Origin: Squalus acanthias
Taxonomy: Eukaryota
Direction: 5' to 3'
NCBI GenBank assembly: GCA_030390025.1
Contig: CM059432.1
Coordinates: 43,712,001 to 43,776,000, forward strand
DNA length: 64,000 nucleotides
Position 1 is the first letter of the stretch. The number at the start of each line of letters is the position of its first letter. Both the position numbers and the translations under genes were made by a program. Positions 38,670-49,406 of this stretch are shown piece after piece. The notes under the pieces are model-generated. The model saw only the letters and a program-made list of their open reading frames with translations, had not been told where the DNA came from and made no database searches.

Positions 38670-40450
38670 GATTTTTTGCTATTCGTTCCTGGGATGTGGG
38701 CGTTGCTGGCAAGGCCAGCGTTTATTGCCCATCCCTAATTGCCTTTGAGAAGGTGGTGGTGAGCTGTTTTTTATGAACTGCTGCAGTCCGTGTGGTGAAG
38801 GTACTTCCATAGTGCTGTTAGGGAGGGAGTTCCAGGATTTTGACCCAGCGATGATGAAGGAACAGCGATATATGTCCAAGTCAGGATGGTGTGTGACTTG
38901 GAGGGGATCTTGGATGTGATGGTTTTCCCATGCGCCTGCTGCCCTTGTCCTTCTAAGTGGTAGAGGTTGTGAGTTGTGGAGGTACTGTCAAAGAAACCTT
39001 GGAGAGTTGCTGCAGTGCATCTTGTAGATGGTATACACTGCACCCACGGTGCGCTGGTGGTGGAGGGAGTGAATGTTTAAGGTGGTGGATGGGGTGCCAA
39101 TCAAGCGGGCTGCTTTGTCCTGGATGCTGTTGAGCGTCTTGAGTGTTGTTGGAGCTGCACTCATCCAGGCAAGTGGAGAGTATTCCATCACACTCCCGAC
39201 TTGTGCCTTGTAGATGGTGGAAAGGCTTTGGACAATCAGGAGGTGAGACACTCGCCGCAGAATACCCAGCCTCTGACCTACTCTTGTAGCTACAGTGTTT
39301 ATGTGGCTGGTCCAGTTAAGGTTCTGGTCAATGGTGACCCCCAGGGATTTGGTGATGATAATGCCATTGAATGTCAAGGGACAGTAGTTAGACTCCCTCT
39401 TGTTGAAGATAGTCATTGCCTGGCACTTTGTGGCGTGAATGTTACCTGCCACTTATTAGCCCAAGCCTGAATGTCGTCCAGGTCTTGCTGCACGCGGGCA
39501 TGGACTGCTTTATTATCTGAGGAGTTGTGAATGGAACTGAACACTGCAATCATCAGTGAACATCCCCACTTTTGACCTTATGATGGAGGGAAGATCATTG
39601 ATGAAGCAGCTGAAGATGGTTGGGCCTAGGACACTGCCCTGAGGAACTCCTGCAGCGATGTCCTGGGGCTGAAATGATTGGCCTCTAACAACCACAACCA
39701 TCTTCATTTGTGCTAAGTATGACTCCAGCCAGTGGAGAGTTTTCCCCCTGATTACCATTGACTTCAATTTTACTAGGGCTCCTTGATGCCACACTCAGTC
39801 AAATGCTGCCTTGATGTTAAGGGCAGTCACTCTCACCTCACCTCTTGAATTTCATTCTTTTGTCCATGTTTGGACCAAGGCTGTAATGAGGTCTGGAGCC
39901 GAGTGGTCCTGGTGGAAATTGAGCATCGGTGAGCGCGTTATTGGTGAGTAAGTGCCACTTGGTAGCACTGTCGACAATTCCTTCCATCACTTTGCTGATG
40001 ATTGAGAGTAGACTGACGGGGGCAATAATTGGCTGGATTGGATTTGTCCTGCTTTTTGTGGACAGGTCATACCTGGGCAGTTTTGCACATTGTTGGGTAG
40101 ATGCCAGTGTTGTAGCTGTACTGGAACAGCTTGGCTAGAGGCGCGGCTAGTTCTGGAGCACAAATCTGCAGCACGACAGCTGGGATGTTGTCGGGGCCCA
40201 GAGCCTTTGAAGTATCCAGTGCGCTCAGCCGTTTTTTGAATTGAATTGGCTGAAGACTGGCTTCTGTGATGGTGGGGACCTCAGGAAGAGGCCAAGATGG
40301 ATCATCCACTCGGCACCTCTGGCTGAAGATGGTTGCAAACGCTTCAGCCTTGTCTTTAGCACACGCTTGCTGGGCTCCACCATCATTGAGGATGGGGATG
40401 TTCATGGAGCCTCCTGCTCCTGTTAGTTGTTTAATTGTCCACCACCATTC
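38670..40450 (-). mobile_element. HER1-like LINE, 5'-truncated
   Basis: [33 protein letters not shown]; same 3' tail as 5493-6682. Confidence 0.85.
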
Positions 40451-41427
40451 ACAATTTAAAAATTCTCATCCTTGTGTTCAAATCCCAACATGGCCTCGAC
40501 CATCCCTATCTCTGTAACCTCCGCCAAGCTTACAATCCCCCCATCCCAAACTGTCTATTTCTCCGACTCGGGTTTCTTCTGCATCCCAGCACCCTTCACC
40601 CCATTATTGGTGGCTGTGCCTTATTATCTCATAATCTAAATTTTCTGGTTGGACATGATAGCCATTTTGACAGAGGTATCAGAGGTTTCCTTTTCCGATC
40701 TTCAAACATGCCAGGTTTTGTATCCTGAGACACAGAGATGGATAAAATGTGCTTAGAGTGTAAAATATGTTACTCACCTTAGTTTAGATAACAAAATAGC
40801 TTCTGCTGATGGCTTCTTTGTCTACACACACACTTTCACATCAATAACAGGCACACTCTACTTTTGAGATTATTGATTTGGATCATCTTATTTTTAGATA
40901 TGAGGCTTATTTGAAGTGTGAACAACTTTTGAAAAGCTTTGTAAGTTTATACAGCTCAGCATGACCTGATATGACCGTATGTTTAGCTGGAAGTAATGCA
41001 ACTGTGTTTGCAAAATGACAGCCCATGTCCGGAACAAGGCAACCGTTAATACTATTGTTAGAATCTGAATAAACAATAACACCACTGCATAACCACACTT
41101 TGGATTAGTTTAATACACATTTTTTTATTTGTTGCAAGCTTTGACAGTTGTTTGCTTCAGGATAAGCAATTATATAATGGGCACTACTGTGACACAGAAA
41201 GTTGACCTTCTGTAGAATGACCCCTGGAACTAGTCTCTCAATATGTCAAAGTGGTGACATTTGGATGCAGCCCTACAGGGAAGTTTGTAAAACAACAGAA
41301 AACAATACAATGTTGCTACAGTTTAAAAATTAAAAGTGAATTTGCGCAGCATATTATGTGTGACACACTTCATGATTGCCTCCTCCCTGCCATGTAAAGT
41401 GTGACATTTACTATCATTGTGTAATAG

Positions 41428-41940
41428 AAATTGGTGTCGGCCTTTACCTGGTGTTGATGGGGTAGCAACAGCCTAAAAATGAGATCAGTAGCTTTACCGG
41501 CCTCATTAACACCGACGATGTGATCGGCTCCATTTTGAAAGCAGCCTACCGCCGGGTGTCCAAAGCACTCACCTTTTTCAGGTGATGGGCCCCTTTTAAT
41601 ATAATAATCAGGATCCTATGACGTAAATAGGACCCCGATCGCAATTTTAGGTCAAAGTTTGCGCCGTGCACACTCCGACCAGTTCTATGGGCGATGGAAC
41701 CAAAGAGGCCCGCTAAAGGTAAGTATTCCTCCGGGCCCACAAGAATAATCTGGGACGCTGCCGCCCACTCTCAACGATCACCGTCTCCCCAACCCACAGC
41801 CTATCTTCCTGGTGGCCTCCCTGGCGCGATCTTGAGGCTTCAATCCAGCGAGCTACAGTTCGCCTGCCAAATTTAAATGAGGCCGGTGTCTCAAAATTGT
41901 GAGGGCCTCTTCATCACTGGAAACGGCAAATGACCAATGT
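41428..41940. mobile_element. MITE fragment
   Basis: Homologous to 3560-3973. Confidence 0.5.
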
Positions 41941-41987
41941 GTTCTGCCATTGTTTCATGTGATCTTTCTCACACTCCATTCTAAATA

Positions 41988-42160
41988 GCGGTGGAGGCAG
42001 ACTCAATCGTGGCTTTCAAAAGGGAATTGGATAAGTACCTGAAGGAAAAAATTTGCAGGGCTACGGGGAAAGGGCGGGTGAGTGAGACTAGCTGATGTGC
42101 TCTTGCACAGGCTCGACGGGCCGAATGGCCTCCTTCTGTGCTGTAACCATTCTATGATTC
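41988..42160 (+). mobile_element. CR1 3' terminal fragment
   Basis: Matches 7796-7985 and 34740-34932. Confidence 0.85.
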
Positions 42161-43350
42161 AAGCTCTAGGCCCCAAATCATAGCTTCACTATGGGATACA
42201 GTGCAACAAAAGATAGAAATGGATTAGATAAAGACATGAATTTCAGATCACATATACTATATGCATTCTATGCATAAGACATAAATTCTAGTACAGCATG
42301 GTACAAATAATAAAACATTTAATGATACAGTAAATGTCTTCAAATTGACCTTGTATTTAAAAATTAATTTCAAAAATTTTAATTTCTTCATAGTCACAGA
42401 ATGCCATTTCTGGGATTGGCTTGAAGAAATTAAGGGCTTCATTGATTTTGCCACTCGTCCTCATGGACGTTGTAAAGAAATGCGCCTGCGGTTCTAATGA
42501 ACAGATGCAAGAACAACATCTTGAGAACAGCAAATGCCATGTTTATTTTAGGGCCAATCAGCTTGCTGGATGACAACAAAAAACATCCGTGACCTGCTTG
42601 AGGCTCAGTATGTTCCAGAAGTACTGTAGCCTGACAGATGTTTTCATCTGGATGGTTAACAGCACCTTTGTTCAGCAGAGAAATGAACTGGAAATTCAAA
42701 TAATGCTGGGTTTCTGAGTGTGGAGATTATACATTTAGGATACAATGAAAACATATGGAATCCATGATGAAAATTAAATAAAAGATGGAAAATCTGAGGT
42801 AAATGATCAGAGCAAGTTAGAGTGATGGTGATGAACAATCTCATACATATCAAGTGAGTGGACCATTGTGATACATGGAGCAATGAGGGAAATTATTTTA
42901 GTGTCTAACCCAATTTAACCTTCTATTATGAACTCAACACTGACAAAATTGTACGTGTCCCCACTAACATTATGTATCCCATGATGCATGGAATGCTATA
43001 CCAAGAATGGCAGCAATAATTTACTTCTTGTAAAATCCACCCCTCCTGAGAGAAAGGGGTTTGTAACTTGATAATACAGATAGAAGATAAGATTTTAGTT
43101 CATTCACAATTTATATGTTTTCCTTTTGTAGCGGGGATGGTACTGCTACAACATTAAACCGACAATTGTTAAAAACAATTGATCATTGATTACTGTATTA
43201 AACATGTTATTGATCATTCTGGGGCTCAGTACAAGGTAACACAAGAGCAAAAGAGAAAATTAAATACATCATGTACGATTTCCTATGAAAAAGAAATTCA
43301 AGTGAAAGTTTATCAAACTATTTGCTGATGTGATTTGTTTTAAACATATA

Positions 43351-43995
43351 GGGGGCAAAATTCGGTTGCTTTGCGCCTTGTTAGCTAATGGGGTGCAAAG
43401 CAACTGGCGCCCGGGTGCGGCGCCGCTAACGCCTCCCGTGAAATTCAGTGGGAGGTTAGCGGCGGCGGTAGCTGGTAGCATCCCGTGGTGCTGCGCCTCC
43501 ATCGATGACGTCATCGGTGTGCGCAGCGCCCCGCTCGCGCCCCGGCCGCAAACTTGGGTTGCGCCCCCTGATGTACTGCCGGACGCTATGTCCGACAGAG
43601 TTAGGGGACGTACTTGCAGCCGGGGCGGCGATATTTAAAGGGGAGGTGCCGGGCGGCCATTTTTTTTGTGGGCCGCCTGCCAGCACCTGACCCCTCTGCC
43701 CTCTGCCGGCCGCGATCCGTCAGCCCGGCATTCCTCTTGAGTGCCGGGCTCTTTTGCCAGCACCCCGCTCCCTGGTGGCTCAGCAGGGCCCCGGTTCGCG
43801 CTGTGCAAGGGGATGAGGCCTGCATTACCGCTGCGCTACGTGCCGGCACGCATGGCACAGCGGCACATAGCGCCGCAATATTGAACTGGAGTGCCCCAAG
43901 AGGGAGGGGGAGCGCCTCCTGCTTGGGGCGCTACCATTCAATTTCGGGCGTGGGGGCGCTAACTTAGTGAAGGGGCGTGAGCCAATTTTTCCCCC
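43351..43995. mobile_element. CpG-rich Harbinger-type MITE
   Basis: TIRs GGGGGCAAAATT / AATTTTTCCCCC; 3-bp TSD ATA (43348-43350, 43996-43998). Confidence 0.85.
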
Positions 43996-44612
43996 ATAAG
44001 CCGTGAACACGCAATATGAAAAAATAAATAGTCACTGTATTGCTGATTAAAACAGTCAACTGAAAACAATTTCAAAGACCCAGCTGGGCCAGTGAAAAAT
44101 CAGCTAGCTTTTCACCATTAGATTCATTTAACCATTAGATTCAAAAGATAAGGTAGAGTCCATGATAGAAATATTTGACCTTCAAAATGAGTGTGCTTGA
44201 AGGAAAATTGAGCTTTTCTCATTCCATGTTTTCTTAAGTTTTACATTGTCATCAATGTTCTTGCTGCCTTGCAGCACAACTATATGGCTGCAGTTTTACC
44301 ACAGATATGGGCCCCGATCTTAACTTGCAGATGCTCTGGGAGCAGGGAGGGTGGGGCCGGGGCCCAATATCACTTGGGAGGGTGGGGCCCGATATGTGGG
44401 AAACCCGGAAGTATATCACGCACGTCTGCCAGTGGCTTTTTAACTCAGCCACCTCATTTCCATTTTACTTCTGGGTTCAACTGTCCAATCAGCGGCATCA
44501 TGCGTAATGAGGACCCGCGCGACGCGATCTCAACTCCAGTATTTAAAGGGACAATCCAAAGATGCAATTTAAGGTGTTTGGAGTTCTGGGGAAGAAAGGA
44601 GGAAGGAGAAAA

Positions 44613-44851
44613 ATGAAAGGGAGAGGTGCAAAGGCTGCACCCCGGTTCAATGACGCCTTCCTGGATGTGCTGCTGTGGGCTGTGAGGAGCCAGAGGGACA
44701 TACTATTCCCCATCATTGGGAGGAGAAAACCTGTGGCAGAAACCAAGAAGGCGTGGTTGGAGGTGGCAGAGGACATGAGCAGCAGAGCGTAGTGCCACAC
44801 TCCTGGATGCAGTGCAGGAAGCGGTTTAATGATCTAAGCAGGTCAGGAAAG
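44613..44851 (+). pseudogene. Harbinger Myb/SANT-like DNA-binding exon
   Basis: AAPRFNDAFLDVLL...KKAWLEVAEDM...SWMQCRKRFNDL (one frameshift), ending at donor AAG|GTGAGT. Confidence 0.8.
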
Positions 44852-45555
44852 GTGAGTACAGTTGCACATTCACCTACATCCTGCTGTGCGCATCAACCCA
44901 ACCCCTCACTCTGCCTTCTCAAGCCTACTCCATCACATCACTCCTCACACCCACTTACCTTGCAGGTGCACCCATCCCTCTCTGCCTATGCACTTCCTGA
45001 CATCCCCATCTATCCATCCACCACTCACCCTCATCCTTATGCAATTGAATGCTTTTCCTTCATAGTGACCCTCACCAAATGCATTCCATCCATCAGTTGG
45101 ACACATGCCATTACTGTTCACTTTTTGCTGCCCCCCCAATTGACAGCAACCAATGCAGGGATGTGAAAGGGATGTTTGGTTGTTTGAAGAACTGCTTTGT
45201 ATTAATGGCATTGAGGGAGGGGGCAAAACGAGGCTTTTGTATGTGGTTGTTAGATGGGTGCACTGGTGGAACCTAAGTAAACCTCGCAATAATCAGGGCA
45301 TCCTGGGCAGCAATGTGTGCAGCGGGTGGAGCATTGCCCTCAGCAACATCCTCCTCCATGTCTTCATCCTCCTCCTTGGAATCCTCCAAAGATGCTCTAT
45401 GCTCTGCGCCTTGGTCCTCCTGCATGTCCAAACATCGCTGCTGGGCAATGTTGTGCAGAACGTAGCATTCTGAAGACCCTTGCTGGTGTATACCGATGGG
45501 TGCCTCCAGATTTGTCCAGGCACCTGAAGCTCATTTTCAGCATGCTTATGGCTTG

Positions 45556-46459
45556 TGTAAGATTTTCAATATTTGCAGATCCCCAAAAACATATATCGAA
45601 AGGAAAAAAATAAGGACTTTGGAAATTTAAAGGAAACGTGCCTGGTCTGGGAATTCAAAGACCAGCAAAACATTACCATTTGGACAATAGGCTCTGGGGA
45701 AAATCTGCCCCACCCAAAACACAGAGCCCATAGGAATGCTAGGACCAGCAAGGAACCCAAAGCAGGAGAACAATGCAAGCTTCCATGGAACGACAATGCA
45801 ACAGGATGTAAGCCATTTGATTTGATTTAGCACAGTTGAAAGCCCATCAAAATTTCAACAAAGACAATGAACAGGCCTCACCTGAAACTCACTGCATTAC
45901 GAAACCAGTTTTCGTGTGGAGTTTTGGGGGGCGGGGGGAGGCGAAAAGGACTATAATTGCAGCAGGACCCAAGATTTCTCTCTCTTTTCGACTCGACCGA
46001 CTACGCTGGAAGCAAGGGTCTCTGGCAGCACTGCCCAGAAGCCACATGGTAAAGGAAGACGTTCGATGACCAGAATCACCATCTACTTACCTGGCTGGAT
46101 TTCGGATTTATAATACCCCTGTCTGGTGAGCATTATCCCTGATCTCCTGAAACCGAAACCTAGCTAAAAGTGGGATTTTTTTGGGAGGGATAAAGGTTTT
46201 TATTTTTCTTGTATACTGTAATTTTCCTCGCCTGTAACCGTGTGCTCCCCAAACCTGTTTAAGTGTGAAGTGTGTTTAAGTTTGTTACCTTTTAACTTTA
46301 ATAAAAGTTATAGTTCTTTCATTGGAACCTGTGGTCTACTGCATCTTTATTCACAACCCCTAAATAAGTCCAAGTTTTGAACCTGGGGCGTGGGAGCGAT
46401 TCGAACCGCTCACTGAGTCGGGGAAAGGCTGACTCTTATCACAACCCACACCCCTTACA
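45556..46459 (+). repeat. 5' LTR (904 bp)
   Basis: Direct repeat of 52039-52942; about 10 substitutions and 2 indels by eye; AATAAA at 46300-46305. Confidence 0.97.
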
Positions 46460-46461
46460 AA

Positions 46462-48261
46462 ATGGGGACCGTGGCAAGGACTTGGCAAAAGGGTTGTGAA
46501 GCAGTAGACACTGATTCAGAAGAGAGAACTGTAATGGAAGAGAGGATTTCAGATTATGTATTCAGCAAAGTGAATATGGAAAAGAAGTGGGTCACTAATC
46601 TATTAAAAACTGGGCGCCCGGTAGATGCAGCAGCTAAATGGACAGAAGGGAAGGATCATAAAAAATCCTTAGAAAAGGCAGTCTGGCTGATGTGCTTCAA
46701 GAAACAGATCCAACTTTTGGACAGACTCGTTGAAGCACAGGCAGCCGAGATTCGGGAGTCGGCCCTGGAAGTCCAAACAAAGGCCCTAGCAGGGGAGAAG
46801 TTACTGTTAGCATTGCAGGCGCTAAACCAGGAAAGGGGGCAGTTAGTGGGGGAACACAAGACCCAACAGGATTACTTACAGTGCCAGGTCACTGAGGCCA
46901 AGAACAATGAGCTGAGGTTGCGGGAAAAGAATGCCCGCCTGGCAAAACAAGTAAGAGAGCAGGAGGAGACAGTAAAAGGCTTACAGGCTGCCGAAAAGGT
47001 AATGAGCGCACAGGGGTTTGAGGGTGCGGACCACGGCCCCTGCCAGAAGCAGATAGAGAGTCTCAGCCTTGCTCTAAGGAAGGCAAGAGGCGTGGTGTGC
47101 CTCATAAGCCCAAGTGCAGCCCAGGTTGACTTTACAGGGAACCTGGGGAGAACGGTTCAGACACCAAAGATAGCGCCAAGGGACGACCCGGTTGAGGAGC
47201 GGGAGGGCCCACGACCACCACCCATAGCGCCAAGCTTTAGCGCAGTCTGGCAAGAAGAAGTGGTGGAGTTAGGGGCAGAAGCTGAGGTGGAAAAAACCCC
47301 GCAAGAGAGGCTGGGACCGGGGCCGATGTGCCCGGCCCGGCAGGACAGATTTGGCCCACCCGCTGATAACGGGGATGCGAGACCCCTCCAAAGCAAGTTC
47401 GTGGCTCCCCACGGTACACAACAGCTTAGGGTTATGGTAAGCCACCTGAGTAAACTCACCCAACAAGGGGACCCCTCAGTTCACTTCATAGAAATAGAAC
47501 AGGCAGCAAGCATTAACGGCTGTGACGATGCCGAGATGGCAAAAATGCTCCTGTTCTCACTGGACAGCCGGTTATATCAGTCTCTCTCTGCTGAGAGCAA
47601 GAGAGGACAGAATGGGTATGCGGCCATCACTGAGGAAGTTTTAGAGGCAATGGGGATGAATGAGGGAAGTCCTTTCTCCCGGGTGGAGAAAACAGTGCAG
47701 CTCGCAGGAGAGACCCCACAGGCTTTTGCAGACAGGCTGTGGCCCGTGTACAGGGGTGCTTGTGGTGGGGATCTTAACAGGGCTCACCTAAACCGGGACG
47801 AGCTGGCCCACTGGCTCCGTAGCCTAGTGGCAAACAGCTTGCCTCGGATCAAAACCCAGGCTGAGCTTTGGTTTGACCCGAAAGACCCCCGGGGCACTGA
47901 AGAGGCAGTGGTCAGACAGCTGAACCTGGCCTACCGGAACGGGAGAGGGGCGGAAGAGCCCCCACAGAAAGGGAAAGTACATGAAATAAAACCCGGCCAG
48001 AGTAGGAAGGAGTGGCATCAGGAGGGGAATAACCCTTCCAGCACAAAGCTTAACTGTTATGGGTGTGGGAAGGATGGTCACTGGAGGAAGGAGTGTAAGA
48101 ATCCTTGGAAGGATAACAAGGGAAAGAATTCCTCAGCCCCAGCCCAAAAGGCAGAGACAGGGATCCCTCCCGCCACGGTCGAGTCATTTTTGGACGCCAT
48201 GAGGTCCCTATTGACTGGCCCAGGGAAGGTAGCAGCAGCCCCATACAACCCAGACTTCTGA
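46462..48261 (+). CDS. gag: Gag polyprotein (coiled coil, capsid, CCHC zinc knuckle); start may be the ATG at 46534
   Basis: 599-aa intact ORF; MHR-like VQLAGETPQAFADRL; CYGCGKDGHWRKEC knuckle at 48055-48096. Confidence 0.92.
   Translation: MGTVARTWQKGCEAVDTDSEERTVMEERISDYVFSKVNMEKKWVTNLLKTGRPVDAAAKWTEGKDHKKSLEKAVWLMCFKKQIQLLDRLVEAQAAEIRESALEVQTKALAGEKLLLALQALNQERGQLVGEHKTQQDYLQCQVTEAKNNELRLREKNARLAKQVREQEETVKGLQAAEKVMSAQGFEGADHGPCQKQIESLSLALRKARGVVCLISPSAAQVDFTGNLGRTVQTPKIAPRDDPVEEREGPRPPPIAPSFSAVWQEEVVELGAEAEVEKTPQERLGPGPMCPARQDRFGPPADNGDARPLQSKFVAPHGTQQLRVMVSHLSKLTQQGDPSVHFIEIEQAASINGCDDAEMAKMLLFSLDSRLYQSLSAESKRGQNGYAAITEEVLEAMGMNEGSPFSRVEKTVQLAGETPQAFADRLWPVYRGACGGDLNRAHLNRDELAHWLRSLVANSLPRIKTQAELWFDPKDPRGTEEAVVRQLNLAYRNGRGAEEPPQKGKVHEIKPGQSRKEWHQEGNNPSSTKLNCYGCGKDGHWRKECKNPWKDNKGKNSSAPAQKAETGIPPATVESFLDAMRSLLTGPGKVAAAPYNPDF
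46463..46481 (+). promoter_or_regulatory. primer binding site, tRNA-Arg(UCG)-like
   Basis: TGGGGACCGTGGCAAGGAC, separated from the LTR end by 3 nt, versus the complement of the vertebrate tRNA-Arg-TCG 3' end TGGCGACCGCGGCAGGAC (recalled, imperfect match). Confidence 0.7.
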
Positions 48262-49020
48262 CTGGAACCAGCGCAGCCTGCCTACTTGTGTCCCCTTGAA
48301 AGACACGCACAGGAAGTGACCTCCTGTAAGGGGGCCAGGTTAAATGAGCAGGCCTTACGGGAGGAGAACGCCCGCTTAATGGGGAAAGTAGACGGGCTAG
48401 AAGGGCAGCTTAGAGACATAAAGGCAGCCTACAGGGTAGCCAGGAGCAGGGAGTATGAGGATTTAAACCATGGGCCCTGTGAGGAAAGGATAAAAGGTCT
48501 GACCCAAGCCCTATCCAAAGCCAGAGGGATGGTTTGCTCAACAACCCCAGGGGAATTCACCACCCCGCAGTTGCAAGCCATGGTAGCAGAGTTGACCAAA
48601 CTAACAGAGGATAGAAATCTCCAGCCTGCAGCCGGTGAGATTTCACAGAATGCACAAGCAGGGGCGGTGGCCTGTCTTAGGGGAGGGGCCACCCCACCCA
48701 CCGTTTGGGACATTCCCCCAATCCTCTGGGATTTAGAGGAGGAGGAGCCCGAACCAGATAGCCCCGCCCCCGATCCAGGTGTTGAACCAGCACCAGGCTG
48801 CGAAGAGTCACCTGACCCTGAAACAGGTTTAGAAGAGGTACAGCCTGAGGATAGAAATCCCCAGCCAGTGGCAGTGGAAGATTCACAGACCACACAACAG
48901 GGGGCAGTGGCTCATGTTAAAGACCCACCAGCCAGAAAACCCCCACCAGCCAGAGCCCCTAGAAGGTCCCCACGTACGCCACAGCCAAAGAAACCGTGGT
49001 CACCAGGCTCCCCAATTTAA
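48262..49020 (+). CDS. in-frame ORF after the gag UGA: Gag-paralogous coiled coil plus acidic/Pro-rich and basic tail (putative readthrough extension)
   Basis: Same frame as gag; 252 open codons after TGA-CTG; 30/68 aa identical, ungapped, to Gag 46897-47100. Confidence 0.75.
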   Translation: MEPAQPAYLCPLERHAQEVTSCKGARLNEQALREENARLMGKVDGLEGQLRDIKAAYRVARSREYEDLNHGPCEERIKGLTQALSKARGMVCSTTPGEFTTPQLQAMVAELTKLTEDRNLQPAAGEISQNAQAGAVACLRGGATPPTVWDIPPILWDLEEEEPEPDSPAPDPGVEPAPGCEESPDPETGLEEVQPEDRNPQPVAVEDSQTTQQGAVAHVKDPPARKPPPARAPRRSPRTPQPKKPWSPGSPI

Positions 49021-49370
49021 AAGGGCCGCCCCTCAAGCCAGGGGCCGATCTGAGGACAGAGGTTCCCGGCCAGCAGCCATAGGCTGCAAGGGACCAAAGG
49101 TACAGGACAGGGCGGCCACACCAAAGGGAGTAGGGTGCTGCAGTCCTGACAGGAGTTAGGCTAGCCGTCCGGAGACGGGCGGCGAATGTACATAGCTTTT
49201 GTTTATTAAATTTTGAGATTGTTAAGTTTGGGTGTTTTTAGTTAAATTTTAAGTAAGGTGGTTGGTAGTTTTAAAATGTTATAATTTCAAGAGTGTTTTG
49301 TATTGAGTCGAGGTCGCAAGACCCGACTATGCTTCACCCAAGCCAGAGAATCTACTCGGGACCTGGCTAT

Positions 49371-49392
49371 ATGCTCTTGTGTCTCCTTACAG
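49371..49392 (+). promoter_or_regulatory. putative env splice acceptor
   Basis: TGCTCTTGTGTCTCCTTACAG|A, 14 nt upstream of the signal-peptide ATG at 49407. Confidence 0.65.
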
Positions 49393-49406
49393 AAGGGATT
49401 GTCGAT

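Noticed and set aside
42390..42700. Possible host exon (ECHFWDWLEEIKG..., MDVVKKCACGS, or signal-peptide-like MAFAVLKMLFL...)
   Set aside because: Several short frames look equally plausible and none matches a family I can name.
46084..46095. TACTTACCTGGC, identical to the U1 snRNA 5' end
   Set aside because: Only 12 nt with no further U1 similarity; it is simply an antisense consensus splice donor (CAG|GTAAGT) in the LTR.
45566..46113. Small ORFs duplicated at 52049-52596
   Set aside because: They recur only because they lie in the two LTRs; non-ATG or weak starts and no protein features.
46385..46415. tRNA gene suggested by a TTCGAA loop
   Set aside because: No cloverleaf or A-box; kept only as a primer-interaction hypothesis.
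49293..49406. Extra 38 N-terminal codons of env in the ORF track
   Set aside because: Starts at GTG upstream of the splice acceptor; the signal peptide begins at ATG 49407.
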